A stretch of 63,291 bases of DNA, the filler included, from Octopus bimaculoides (taxonomy: Eukaryota), in assembly GCF_001194135.2 (NCBI RefSeq). It is 6 parts of 6 records of this genome, joined end to end, with 100 filler letters (N's around TTAATTAATTAA, not from the genome) between each part and the next. Parts side by side here need not be neighbours in the genome. Positions count along the whole stretch, not along the records: positions 17,533 to 23,030 come from NC_068997.1; positions 23,131 to 33,401 come from NC_068996.1; positions 33,502 to 56,942 come from NC_068988.1; 3 more parts are not named here. The stretch is one strand, 5' to 3'. The notes beneath the pieces are model-generated. The model saw only the letters and a program-made list of their open reading frames with translations. It ran no database searches and had not been told where the DNA came from. Shown piece after piece: positions 22,690 through 34,899 of the stretch; position 1 is the stretch's first letter, and each line of letters begins with the position of its first letter. A program made the translations under genes and the position numbers.

Positions 22690-23030
22690 CAATGGGCTTG
22701 CAGCCTGATCCGGGGTAAAATTGCAACGAAAAAGCATGGGAAACCATGCCCCCATGATCCCGGACCACGGGGGGAGAATAAAGGATCAAATAGGGACGGA
22801 AAAAAACGAAACAAACTTGGACCGGAAATGGATAATGAGAAAGGATGCGGTAAAGGATTGGTAGACGAGGAATTCAGCTGCTGCGGAAAGGTGTTTGCTA
22901 GTTACATCGGGCTCAGAATCCACCAAGGGAAGGTATGTCAGAAGAAAGTAATTCAACAGCGCGGGTTGATGAACCGTAAGACGTGTGGCCAGAACCTCCG
23001 GGAAAATAACCACAGCGAGGGACATTCCAC
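22690..23030 (+). mobile_element. 5' end of a HERO-like (REL-endonuclease) non-LTR retrotransposon, cut by gap
   Basis: ORF 22828 reads SCCGKVFASYIGLRIHQGKVC..QR..T..E..HS. This matches the N-terminal C.CGK....GL.IH...C zinc-finger pattern I recall for HERO/R2-like elements. GC-rich leader with CCCCC..GATCCCG..GGGGGGAG motif. Confidence 0.6.
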
Positions 23031-23130
23031 NNNNNNNNNNNNNNNNNNNNNNNNNNNNNNNNNNNNNNNNNNNNTTAATTAATTAANNNNNNNNNNNNNN
23101 NNNNNNNNNNNNNNNNNNNNNNNNNNNNNN

Positions 23131-23214
<84 letters not shown>

Positions 23215-23425
23215 CCTTTCTACTAAAGGCACAAGGCCTGAAATTTTAGGGGAGGGGACTAGTCAATTACATCGACCTCAGTGTTTCCCTGGTACTTAAT
23301 TTATCGACCTCGGTGAAAGTCAAAATCGACCTCGGCGGAATTTGAACTCAGAACGTAAGGACGGGTGAAATACCGTTAATCATTTCGTTCAGCGTGCTAA
23401 CCATTCTGCCAGCTCACTGCCGCCT

Positions 23426-23484
<59 letters not shown>

Positions 23485-23695
23485 ATAATAATAATAATAA
23501 TAATAATCCTTTCTACTAAAGGTACAAGGCCTGAAATTTGTGGGGAAGAGATAAGTCGATTTCATCGATCCTAATGTTTCGACCCCGAAAAGATGAAAGG
23601 CAGAGTCGACCTTGGCGGAATTTGAACTCAGGACGCAGAAACGGATGAAATGCCGCTAAGCATTTTGCCCGATGTGCTAACGATTCTACCAACGA
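23131..23695 (-). mobile_element. Two head-to-tail SINE family B copies with (AAT)n/(TAC)n tails
   Basis: Copies at about 23213-23425 and 23505-23695. On the + strand each begins cctttctactaaagg after a triplet microsatellite. Confidence 0.8.
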
Positions 23696-25575
23696 TAATT
23701 TTCCAGATGGTGCGAATGAAGAAATTCAAAGAATACGCTGCTGAAGAAGAGTTTAACGCTTCACAGATATTTGAAGAGAGGAAAAAAAGACAAAAACAAA
23801 TATAACAACAAAAGTTGTACCGTTTTATTCTTTTACTTGTTTCAGTCATTTGACCACAGCCATACTGGAGCACTGCCTTGAGGGGTTTTAGTCGAACAAA
23901 TCGACCTTNNNNNNNNNNNNNNNNNNNNNNNNNNNNNNNNNNNNNNNNNNNNNNNNNNNNNNNNNNNNNNNNNNNNNNNNNNNNNNNNNNNNNNNNNNNN
24001 NNNNNNNNNNNNNNNNNNNNNNNNNNNNNNNNNNNNNNNNNNNNNNNNNNNNNNNNNNNNNNNNNNNNNNNNNNNNNNNNNNNNNNNNNNNNNNNNNNNN
24101 NNNNNNNNNNNNNNNNNNNNNNNNNNNNNNNNNNNNNNNNNNNNNNNNNNNNNNNNNNNNNNNNNNNNNNNNNNNNNNNNNNNNNNNNNNNNNNNNNNNN
24201 NNNNNNNNNNNNNNNNNNNNNNNNNNNNNNNNNNNNCAAGCTTCTTACCGCGCTGCCACGTCTGCGACTATAAGAAAATGCAAGGAAAAATTTCAATCTT
24301 TGTCATCCGTTTGAATTTCTTTGTTTAGTTAGTATCATATCATATTCAACAGATAATCACAAGGAAAAAAGAAAGAAAAAAAAAAAGGTAGGAAATGAAG
24401 AAAGTAAAAAGAAAGAAAATAAAAACGAAAGCGGAAGAAATTAATTAATTAATTAATTAATGAAGAAAGGAAAACAAAGGTATAAAATATAGATGTTGAC
24501 AAATTAAACAATAAAAGAAGTAGAACAAGATGAAAGAAAGCGACAAAAATATAAGTATGGTAGGAAGATGGAAAGAATGAAGAAGAATAGAAAGACGAAA
24601 AGCAGGAAGGAAAGTAGAAGGAAAGGGGGGGAAGAAGGAAGAAAATATGAAAAAGTGAAAGAAATGTATATAGATGGAAAGATGCGAGATAGAAATGAGA
24701 ATAGAAAGAAGGTGAGCTAAAAAGAATGGAGAAGAAAAAGTAATAAAATGTTAAATAAAAGTGAAAACGAAAGTAGAAAGAAAGAAAACAGAGAAGAAAA
24801 AAATGAAGGAAATGAAGGAAAGAAATAAAAAACAAAAGAAGCAAATAAGAAGGAGATAAAGTTCGGCAGTTCTAAACTAAGTATCTATGATGTATTTTCT
24901 TATATATCTTCCATTTGTCAAGCGCTTTATTTNNNNNNNNNNNNNNNNNNNNNNNNNNNNNNNNNNNNNNNNNNNNNNNNNNNNNNNNNNNNNNNNNNNN
25001 NNNNNNNNNNNNNNNNNNNNNNNNNNNNNNNNNNNNNNNNNNNNNNNNNNNNNNNNNNNNNNNNNNNNNNNNNNNNNNNNNNNNNNNNNNNNNNNNNNNN
25101 NNNNNNNNNNNNNNNNNNNNNNNNNNNNNNNNNNNNNNNNNNNNNNNNNNNNNNNNNNNNNNNNNNNNNNNNNNNNNNNNNNNNNNNNNNNNNNNNNNNN
25201 NNNNNNNNNNNNNNNNNNNNNNNNNNNNNNNNNNNNNNNNNNNNNNNNNNNNNNNNNNNNNNNNNNNNNNNNNNNNNNNNNNNNNNNNNNNNNNNNNNNN
25301 NNNNNNNNNNNNNNNNNNNNNNNNNNNNNNNNNNNNNNNNNNNNNNNNNNNNNNNNNNNNNNNNNNNNNNNNNNNNNNNNNNNNNNNNNNNNNNNNNNNN
25401 NNNNNNNNNNNNNNNNNNNNNNNNNNNNNNNNNNNNNNNNNNNNNNNNNNNNNNNNNNNNNNNNNNNNNNNNNNNNNNNNNNNNNNNNNNNNNNNNNNNN
25501 NNNNNNAACGTAACGGCAGACGAAATACTGCTAAGCATTTCGCCCGGCGTCCTAACGTTTCTGCCAACTCGCCAC

Positions 25576-25576
25576 C

Positions 25577-25633
<57 letters not shown>

Positions 25634-25892
25634 TAATAATGATAATAATAATAGTAATAATAATTAGAAGAAATAAGATGAAGAAGACGAAAAAGAGGAA
25701 GAAGGAAAAAGAAAAAGGAGAAGGAAACGAAGAAGAAGAAGAAGAAGAAGAAGAAGAAGAAGAAGAAGAAGAAGAAGAAGAAGAAGAAGAAGAAGAAGAA
25801 GAAGAAGGCCACAACAAAGCAACAGCAACAATAACGATGTTGATAATAATGTTGATAATGATGATGAAATTGATGAAAATGACGACGACGAC

Positions 25893-25976
<84 letters not shown>

Positions 25977-25980
25977 AATG
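25576..25980. repeat. Compound trinucleotide microsatellite (AAT)n-(GAA)n-(GAC/GAT)n
   Basis: Directly visible; it produces the poly-N/E/M/H/S ORFs in the track. Confidence 0.95.
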
Positions 25981-26457
25981 GCAATGCTGCTGATGCTGAT
26001 ACACTTGGGCTCGGAGATATAGAAAATTCAAGATAACTTTAACTTACAATGGTAGAAATGAATTGCAATGAAGGATGTCATACAACATATAATTGAACGC
26101 GTTATAAATTTCTACGAAAATATACAGAAAAAAAAAAGAAGAAAATATATGATAAAACAGTAATACAGAGATATTTACGTAAAGTTTAAATATCCATTTG
26201 CATTGACCAGGGTATGTATCTAATATTGCTAATAACGACTGAAGTGTGATTCGCTGTAGATTGTTCAGATGAGGCGATTCTGAAGTCTTCAGTGAAAAGT
26301 TCTTGCGTTATATTTGTGGATCGTTGAATGATCGTACTTTGTAAGGTTTATCTGAAATCTGAATTATAATTGCGTCGTTTTATGCTGCTTAGAAAATAAT
26401 CTAATTTCCTTCATTCTTAATTTGTTTAGTTTTTTTCCTTGCGAATATTGTATAAAA

Positions 26458-26842
26458 GGAGGCGCAATGGCCCAGTAGTTAGGGCAGCAGCCTCGCGGTC
26501 ATAGGATCGCGGTTTCGATTCCCAGACCTGGGCGTTGTGAGTGTTTATTGAGCGAAAACACCTAAAAAGCTCCACGAGGCTCCGGTAGGGAATGGTGGCG
26601 AACCCTGCTGTACTCTTTCACCACAACTTTCTCTCACTCTTACTTCCTGTTTCTGTTGTGCCTGTAATTCAAAGGGTCAGCCTTGTCATACTGTGTCACG
26701 CTGAATATCCCCGAGAACTACGTTAAGGGTACACGTGTCTGTGGAGTGCTCAGCCACTTTCACGTTAATTTCACGAGCAGGCTGTTCCGTTGATCGGATC
26801 AACTGGAACCCTCGACGTCGTAAGAGACGGAGTGCCAACAAC
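26458..26842 (+). mobile_element. tRNA-derived SINE, family C (second copy)
   Basis: Colinear and highly similar to 5405-5788 along its full length; ends CCAACAAC followed by an A-run. Confidence 0.85.
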
Positions 26843-27114
26843 AAAAAAAAATGTACAAATATTTTAAGACTGTTTTTCTTGCGAATGGTTGTGAATTTCA
26901 TTTCTTTCAGGCTGGGAGTTGCTTTGACTCGACATGGCATTGGTTCTCCTTCCTAAGTAGTGACAGTTCCTTCTTTGTAAGAGACGTACTCCATGTCACA
27001 CGTTTTAAAACTATTTTTTTTCTTTTCCATTCAATCTTTTTCATCAGCTTGCCTACCCCGTATTTGTTTCTATGCCGATCTCATTCCTGTAAGTGAAAGG
27101 TTGGTACTGCTGGG

Positions 27115-27238
27115 AAGGGGTACTGCTGCAAAGGGGTGCTGTTGTTAAGAGGTGCTGCTCTGAAGGGGTACTACTGTAAAGAGTTACTGCTGTGAAGGGG
27201 TACTACTGTAAAGAGTTACTGCTGTGAAGGGGTACTAA

Positions 27239-27240
<2 letters not shown>
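27115..27240. repeat. Minisatellite (AAGGGGTACTACTGT / AAGAGTTACTGCTGTG units)
   Basis: About 8 degenerate 15-16-bp units. Confidence 0.8.
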
Positions 27241-27284
<44 letters not shown>

Positions 27285-27299
27285 TGTATGTGTGTGAAT

Positions 27300-28490
27300 A
27301 AAAATAAAAGCGTAGGGTCGGGGTTTAAGACTCGCTAGCTAAGGCTAAAGAACAAAGGGAGGAGGACAGAAATACACAGAATTTAGGGGTATTCTGTGGA
27401 CATTGGTTGAAAGTTGGGGGCGGGTACGAAGGCAGTCGAACAATCAGATCTAACTTTTATGGAGAAGTGGAAAGATGTAGGGTGTTGTTTAAGATACGAA
27501 AATGTATATGGGCTAGTGGGGACCACATGTAATATTAGGACATGTTTATCTGGAGAGGGAAAAGCTGGTACTAATAGTAGAGTACTACTTATTAAGGATT
27601 ATAAAGAGAGAATATAATAAACGACACCTAGCACAAAGTTAAAGAAAATACCAGATCGGATATCAAAGAAAGCCGGCGGTAGGGAATAGTCTAATGATTA
27701 AAAATATTGAATGTTAATCAGATAGTGTTGACATTATCTAATTAGATAGTATAATCACTATTGTGGGAATTAAGTAATGCAACTCCGGACAATAGTCACG
27801 GGTAAGAGCTTTGTATAGTGTGTACTATCTATCATTTAACAGGTGAGGGCACAAGTAACTGTATCTTAGTGTCAGGATTACTTACTTAGTAGAACTGGAA
27901 AAGAGCTGGCTAGAGTGTGCAGGCTGCTACTTCTAGGTTAGATATCAATGCTATCGCTATTGTATAATACTGGGTACACCACAGATAGAATGGTTAGTTA
28001 CTTCAGTATAACATACCACGCAAATATAGAAAGTAATGGTAAAGGGAAACTAGACCAGAAGGACTCAGAAACAAATAGGTAGATCGACTGACTATTGGGT
28101 CAACAATAGAAGGAGTAAGTAAATTAGATTGGCCCTAGGTTAGGAGCTATTAGAGAGGTTGTTTAATGTTCTTAAAATATTTAAAGGAGCGGGTAGCCTT
28201 ATGTATACAAGAAAGACGAAGTTCTAGTTTATTATTTAGTAGATTTTTACTATTTGATCTCTTTTAGAATTTCAAACAGCCACGAAGATTTGGGAGCTCA
28301 AGGACTACAATGTTAATATTGATTTGAGTTGGGATATCATTAGGGTCGCTAAACTGTACTTAAACAGCAGAGGGTTGATTTTCTCTGTGTACAATCGGAA
28401 TATCCTATTTGATACTTGCCAACTATAGGCTGGACCCACAGGTTTATCCAATCCTACCCGTTGGATATCTTTTCAAGTACCTGATTCTAT
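27300..28490 (-). pseudogene. Probable highly decayed LINE fragment
   Basis: Non-microsatellite segment riddled with stops. Minus-strand LYKALTR resembles the post-RT LYK.L.R motif of CR1/I/Jockey-type LINEs. Weak. Confidence 0.3.
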
Positions 28491-28496
28491 CTGAAT

Positions 28497-28531
<35 letters not shown>

Positions 28532-28736
28532 TAGGGTGTTAGAAACACCTACATTGCAAGATCTGTTGGCAATGTAGGGGTTTCTCACACCCTAGTCATA
28601 TTTAGTGACAATTATGGTTTTCCTTTTGGGTAAAAATTGCATACTACTGTCTATATTAATATTACATGTATGAATGTATGTATGTATGTGTGTATGTATG
28701 TATGTATATATGCACACACACAGACACATACATATA

Positions 28737-29145
28737 TAGTCTTTTATTCTTTTATTCTCTTACTTGTATCAGTCATTTTGACTTCGGTCATACTGGAGCA
28801 CCGCCTTTTTAGTCGAGCAAATCGACCCCAGGACTTATTCTTTGTAAGCCTAGTACTTATTCTATCGGTCTCTTTTGCCGAACCACTAAGTTACGTGGAC
28901 GTAAGCACACCAACATCAGTTGTCAAGCGATGTTGGTCGAACAAACACATACACACAAACACACACACATACATATATACGACGGACTTCTTTCAGTTTC
29001 CGTCTACCAAATCCACTCAGAAGGCTTTGGTCGGCCCGAGGCTATAGTAGAAGACACTTTTCCAAGGTGATATGCAGTGGGACTCAACCCGGAATCCATG
29101 TGTTTGGTAAACAAGCTACTTACCACACAGCCACTCCTGCACCTA
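28737..29145 (-). mobile_element. SINE family A, full length
   Basis: Tail cttttattctttattctcttacttgtatcagtc..ggagcaccgcc, core, CA tract, and head ending acagccactcctgcaccta. Confidence 0.85.
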
Positions 29146-29414
29146 TATATATATATATATATATATATATCGCCATGATAGATCGCTGACCACTACATTT
29201 ATATATTTTTCTCCTTGTTTTTCTCCTTATTTCTTTCTGTGTTCCTTTCAGTTGAAGAGCGTAGCTCAAAACATCAAAGACTTTCTCTATTCCCGAGCGT
29301 TAAACTAATACATCCATTTGTTGTTTACACCTCCTGTCTTCGTCTGTTGTTTTTTCGTAAATTCTCCCATATATACATACATATATATATATATACACAT
29401 ACATACATACATAT

Positions 29415-29810
29415 TCTTTTATTTGTCTCAGTCATTTGACTGCGGCCATGCTGGATGATGGAGCACCGCCTTTTTTTAGACGAAGAAATCGATCCTAGGA
29501 CTTATTCTTTGTAAGCCTAGTACTTATGTTATCGGTCTGTTTTGCCGAACCGCTAAGTTACGGGAATGTAAACCCACCAGCATCAGTTCTCAAGTGATGG
29601 TGGGGTGACAAATACACACACACACACGCACGCGCACACACACACACATATACATATACGACGGGATTCTTTCAGTTTCCTTCCACCAAATCAACTCACA
29701 AGGGTTTGGTCAGCCCGAGGTTATAGTAGAAGACACTTGCCCAAGGTGCCACGCAGTGGGACTGAACCCGGAACGATGTGGTTTGGAAGCAAGCTTCTTA
29801 CCACCACACA
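29415..29810 (-). mobile_element. SINE family A, full length
   Basis: Colinear with 28737-29145. Confidence 0.85.
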
Positions 29811-29853
29811 CACACATATTTACACACACATACACATATATTTACACACACAC

Positions 29854-29912
<59 letters not shown>

Positions 29913-32649
29913 GTGTATCTAACAGTGGCTGTGTTTATTGCTCTTAGACTACTTGAAGATGATAAAGATGACAAAGCGTATGCTATGAACATATCTCATA
30001 TCTCATCAGCAAAATGTCCCCACTTCATACCCCGGTATATTAGACACACAGACAGACACACATACACTTTATCCCTCAAACACGCACGTATCCACACGCG
30101 TTTATGTGCCTGTATGTTTTCGTATGATGTTTAATTTTGCTTTATTTTTTTACACGCTTATAATTTTTTATTATTTCCTCCTCGCACTTCCTTTTATGAA
30201 AGATGGGTTACATCTTTAGGTGTTCTTCAAGAGCACAGATTCTCTGCATGTTTTGAGATCTCTCTGTCTCGGCACTTGATTCTCAACTTCATCTCAACCC
30301 TTGTGAACTCCCCAGATGCCCTTCTGTCACTGATGATGATAACACTAAGGAGATTATGAAAACTCGTCGATCCGTATAAAACTAATAAAAAAATTCAAGT
30401 ATAACATGCAAAGTAAAAATAAAAACAAAAATACCTAGTATGGAAAAAAAAAAAGAAACTCAGTAAAACATTTATATAATTATTTGTTTATATTTTTAAA
30501 ACTGTAGCTAAACCGTTTATAAGATTATGAAATAAAAACAATCAAAATCATTGTAAAAATCTATGAAAGAAAGACCTTGATTGCTTAGTATTTCTATGTT
30601 TGAAAGCAGGCATGATTCCATGTAGAGATGTAAAGTCATCACCAACACTTTAAAGTGTCCCCTCCTTGGCTCCCTAAACATTATTGTTGCATTAACAGGC
30701 AATTTCCAACAAAGACCTTTGTTACATTAGATTAATAAAAATTAGCCTCTTAACATTAGCCCGAAAAGCCTTTCAAAGCAATGTAACAGAAAAATTCAAT
30801 TTCATCTCAGAAAGAGACAGTAAATAACAAGAAAATAAGTAGAAGAAAAAATAGTAATACAAACAAAACAATGTTTGTTTCGTTTGTAACCGTTAGAAAT
30901 TCAATTTCTGGAAAGAAGTTTCGAGTGAGGAGCAGCAACACTGTCGCAATAGAGTTACTGTCAGAACTTACACTTTAAATAGGTATATTACAAGTGGCAT
31001 AGGTATATTAAATAAATAAGCTTCCTAAGTTTGTTTTTTGGGTGTAAATACATAAGTAATAAAGGGCACTTAATGAAAATAATATTATTGAATGTCTCTC
31101 CTTTAAAATCATTTGATAAACCCTAATGATATAATACATCAATTGGCTAATATTCAAATGCATTACTTGGTTCTCTTAACTGTTATTTAACTCGCGGTCA
31201 AATTTGTTTGTGCTGATGGAAAAACAATCCAGACGGTATCATCTCTTTTTCTATACACATATAACTACGGTTTCTGATTTTGATACAATCAGTCAACAAT
31301 TTTGAGAGAATGGAGTCGATATCATCGAACTTGACACTTGACTTGTATTATATTTTTATTGATTTCGGGAGAATAAAAGGCAAAGTTGACCTCAGCGGGA
31401 TTTAAACTTACAACGTAAAGAGTCGGAAACATTACCGCATGGTATTTTTTCCGTCTGTAACGATTCAGTCACTCTGCTGCCAGAATATAACAATATCAAT
31501 CGATGATTTCGTTCTCTTTCATGAATGTAAGATGTGATTTGTGAGAACTTGGCGGCTATTTGTGGCAAATCGAGGCTTCCTCGACTTGTCAGAAACAGCA
31601 AATAGAGGCTTTCACGTTGGCTCAACTGATTGCTTAGTTAATTGATTCCGTTGGTTTTAAAATTTGAATAAGCTACAAAATATCTAGTCTCTATTATCTA
31701 ATTTGCTTAATAAATTAATCTATCTATTCCACCCTTGCATCAGTATACAAGTTAGGCAAACTTGTTTCAATCTATTAGAATTTATAGACACTACAAATAG
31801 CCATTAGTAAATAAAATGGGTAATCATTTCTTGAAGAATGTATAAAATTTAGAATTTAATCAGATTGATCTTTTTCTATGGAACGGGTAACTAAATTTGA
31901 CGTGTTGGTAATTTGTTTATTTTACATAGGGAAGCTAAATTATTTTATCATTATTTTTTAGCTAAATTATTATATTTTTTTTTCTTTTAGAAATTTCTTT
32001 TAATTTCAGATTTCTGAAAACGCTTTGCAAAACTTTATGATATTTTTGTGTGTTTATGCGTGTCACTGTTTACCTAGTTGTGTTGGATGCATGTGTTTTG
32101 CGCGTGTGGTTGTTTGTCACGAATACTGAACATGCAGATGAGGACGCTTTGCGTGGAAACCTCTAGAAAAGGTGCATGACTAATCTGTGAAGAAATCGCA
32201 AACTCGCCGTAAAATAGCATGAAAATGTAACATTATGCAAACACACACGAAAAGCATGTATTAAATAGCACTATTACATTCAGAAATATTATTACTGAAT
32301 AAGGTAAAAATTGTAGCTCCTACCGTATGAATTTCCCTGTTGTCAATGCTTAGTTATAAGTGTATAGATTCTACATTCATTGAAGCCGATTTTTAAGTTC
32401 TCGCGAATATTCGGCTAATGTAAGTAGATTCCGGCGATTTCATTAACAGTAAGATCACGACATATATAACACTAAATAGAGTGTCAATTATCCGACAAAC
32501 TTCGGACCTAGGGTGATCTGGATATCAGAATTTCCTGCTTTTCCGGAGAGAGTCTAAATATATACTTCAGATATAAAATAAACAATAAAAGGTGAAGAAT
32601 GAAATTGTTATTAATAAATTCAAAATAGTACTCTTCTGAAGTAGTGTCT

Positions 32650-33170
32650 AATTGATATTTATTAATCCACTTAAAATATATCGGACTCTAACATGTATAC
32701 AGTGTAATGTTTAAGGGATAAAAACTAAACAAAGAACATGATTTTATTTAACAGATATCGATACAAATTAACACGATTCTAAAGCAGAGTATGTTTGATA
32801 TTTATTAACTCACTTAATATATCAGACATGTATACAGTGTAATGTTTATAGGATAACAATTAAATAAGAGAACATGATTTAACAGATATAGATAAAAATT
32901 AGTACGATTCTAAAGCAGAGTACGCTTGATATTAAAACACTTACAATTCTAAAAAGATATCACTATGTCCCACGCATACAGTGTAATGCTTATAGGATAA
33001 TAATTAAACAAAGAACATAATTTTATTTAACACATAAAGTATAAATCAACACATTTTAAAAACAGTATGTTTAATCTATACTGAAAAAAGAAAAGAATAA
33101 AATTATGTTTAACACACCATATGCAAATTAACAAGCTTTAAAACAGAGTCTGTTTACTCAATACAAGAAA
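32650..33170. repeat. ~140-bp tandem repeat, 3 to 4 degenerate copies
   Basis: (c)atgtatacagtgtaatgttta..ggataa..aagaacatgattt..cgattctaaagcagagta recurs at about 32691, 32828 and 32975. Confidence 0.85.
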
Positions 33171-33501
33171 CAGTATATTTCATGACATAATAAGCTTAGT
33201 ATTCCTAGATTTCTGGAAAGACCGAATTTCTAGAAGTCGAATAAGAATTCCGGTGCTACGTCAACGATTTTAGAGTGTTTCACTCTATCACCTGCTAATG
33301 AAGGCGCGATGTATATACATAAATTTGCATCTACATTTCCAGAATAAACATAGATTTAAATTAAGAGAAAGCCTATGTACACATACACACGCATATATAT
33401 ANNNNNNNNNNNNNNNNNNNNNNNNNNNNNNNNNNNNNNNNNNNNTTAATTAATTAANNNNNNNNNNNNNNNNNNNNNNNNNNNNNNNNNNNNNNNNNNN
33501 N

Positions 33502-33543
<42 letters not shown>

Positions 33544-33995
33544 GATGAGTCCTTTAAATTTCTGTCTGCCAAATCCACTCGCAAGGCTTTGGTCGGCCCG
33601 CAGCTACAGTAAACGACACTTGCCCAAGGTTCCACGCATTGGGGCTGAACTTGGAACCATGCGGCTGTGAAGCAATATTATTACACGGCCGATTGAGTGA
33701 AAGGGTGCATGACCTAATAGTCAACGTGTTTACACTCGCGATCGCGATTGGCGATTTGTGTTCTTGAACAAAACACTTCGTGTGGCCTTTGCCTGTGATC
33801 ACTTGGACATTTGGCATGTGGTACAACACGCACCTGTTCAAGCAACCGCGATTTTATGGAGGGAGTGAGATAATATACAGTGCATTACATTTGATCACTA
33901 GAAACAAGTCATTTGAGTAAGGTTGTTCAGGAAGAAATTGTCGAACCGTCTTTCTCGGACTACGGGAGACTACAATCTCTACCGTCTCCCTCCCG

Positions 33996-34033
<38 letters not shown>

Positions 34034-34899
34034 ATCTATCTATATATATATATAGTAGTTGTATACTGCCAAATTCACGTGACAGTCCCAATAAGGGAAT
34101 ATACTACTGCTATATAGCCCTAGGAAGCTGGACTGCTTCCTGTCGGCCTTGACACATTTCCTGTGTCATATATATATATATATATATATATANNNNNNNN
34201 NNNNNNNNNNNNNNNNNNNNNNNNNNNNNNNNNNNNNNNNNNNNNNNNNNNNNNNNNNNNNNNNNNNNNNNNNNNNNNNNNNNNNNNNNNNNNNNNNNNN
34301 NNNNNNTATATATAAGATTCAAGGATCGAGGTGTAGGAAGACGGTTAGGTTCAAGCAATCCGTAGTAAATATATAGAAACAACTTTCAGAGTCAATAGTG
34401 GTTTACTAAGGCGGGAGGTTGCGGATTTCTCCATAACGAAGTGCGATAAACTGAAAAAGATTCCTTTTTCAGTTGGTGACCGAGGTTGCCGGTTTTGCGA
34501 ATAACAACACAAGAGTTAAGGAATGGAGGAGACAAGATCCGGGCTACATATGATCCATAGCGAGCGGAACGTCGGAAGTGGCAAATATCCGAGCGAGGTG
34601 TATACCGCAGGCTACTCATCAGGCCAAGGCCATTTTCATTAAATGAAAGTTTGTATTGTCGCAAAGAGGTACATATTAACACATGGAAAATTCGATCAGA
34701 CTGTCTACCTTATCTGCTTCATTTCTTAACTGTTGTATATTTATATATATATGGATAAGGTGTTGCTTTCCGGAGATTGCGGGTTCAAGTTCCATCAGGA
34801 TCATTAATCACGAGACGCAGGTGTGACTGTGTCGTAAGAAACTTCAGGTGGAGAAACTGTAGAATGTTTTCTGAATTTACTCAGTACATCTAATAGATT

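Noticed and set aside
30325-30375. CTGATGA...GAAA as a hammerhead ribozyme core (also 45779 and minus strand 34617)
   Set aside because: Stems II and III and the NUH cleavage triplet do not form properly.
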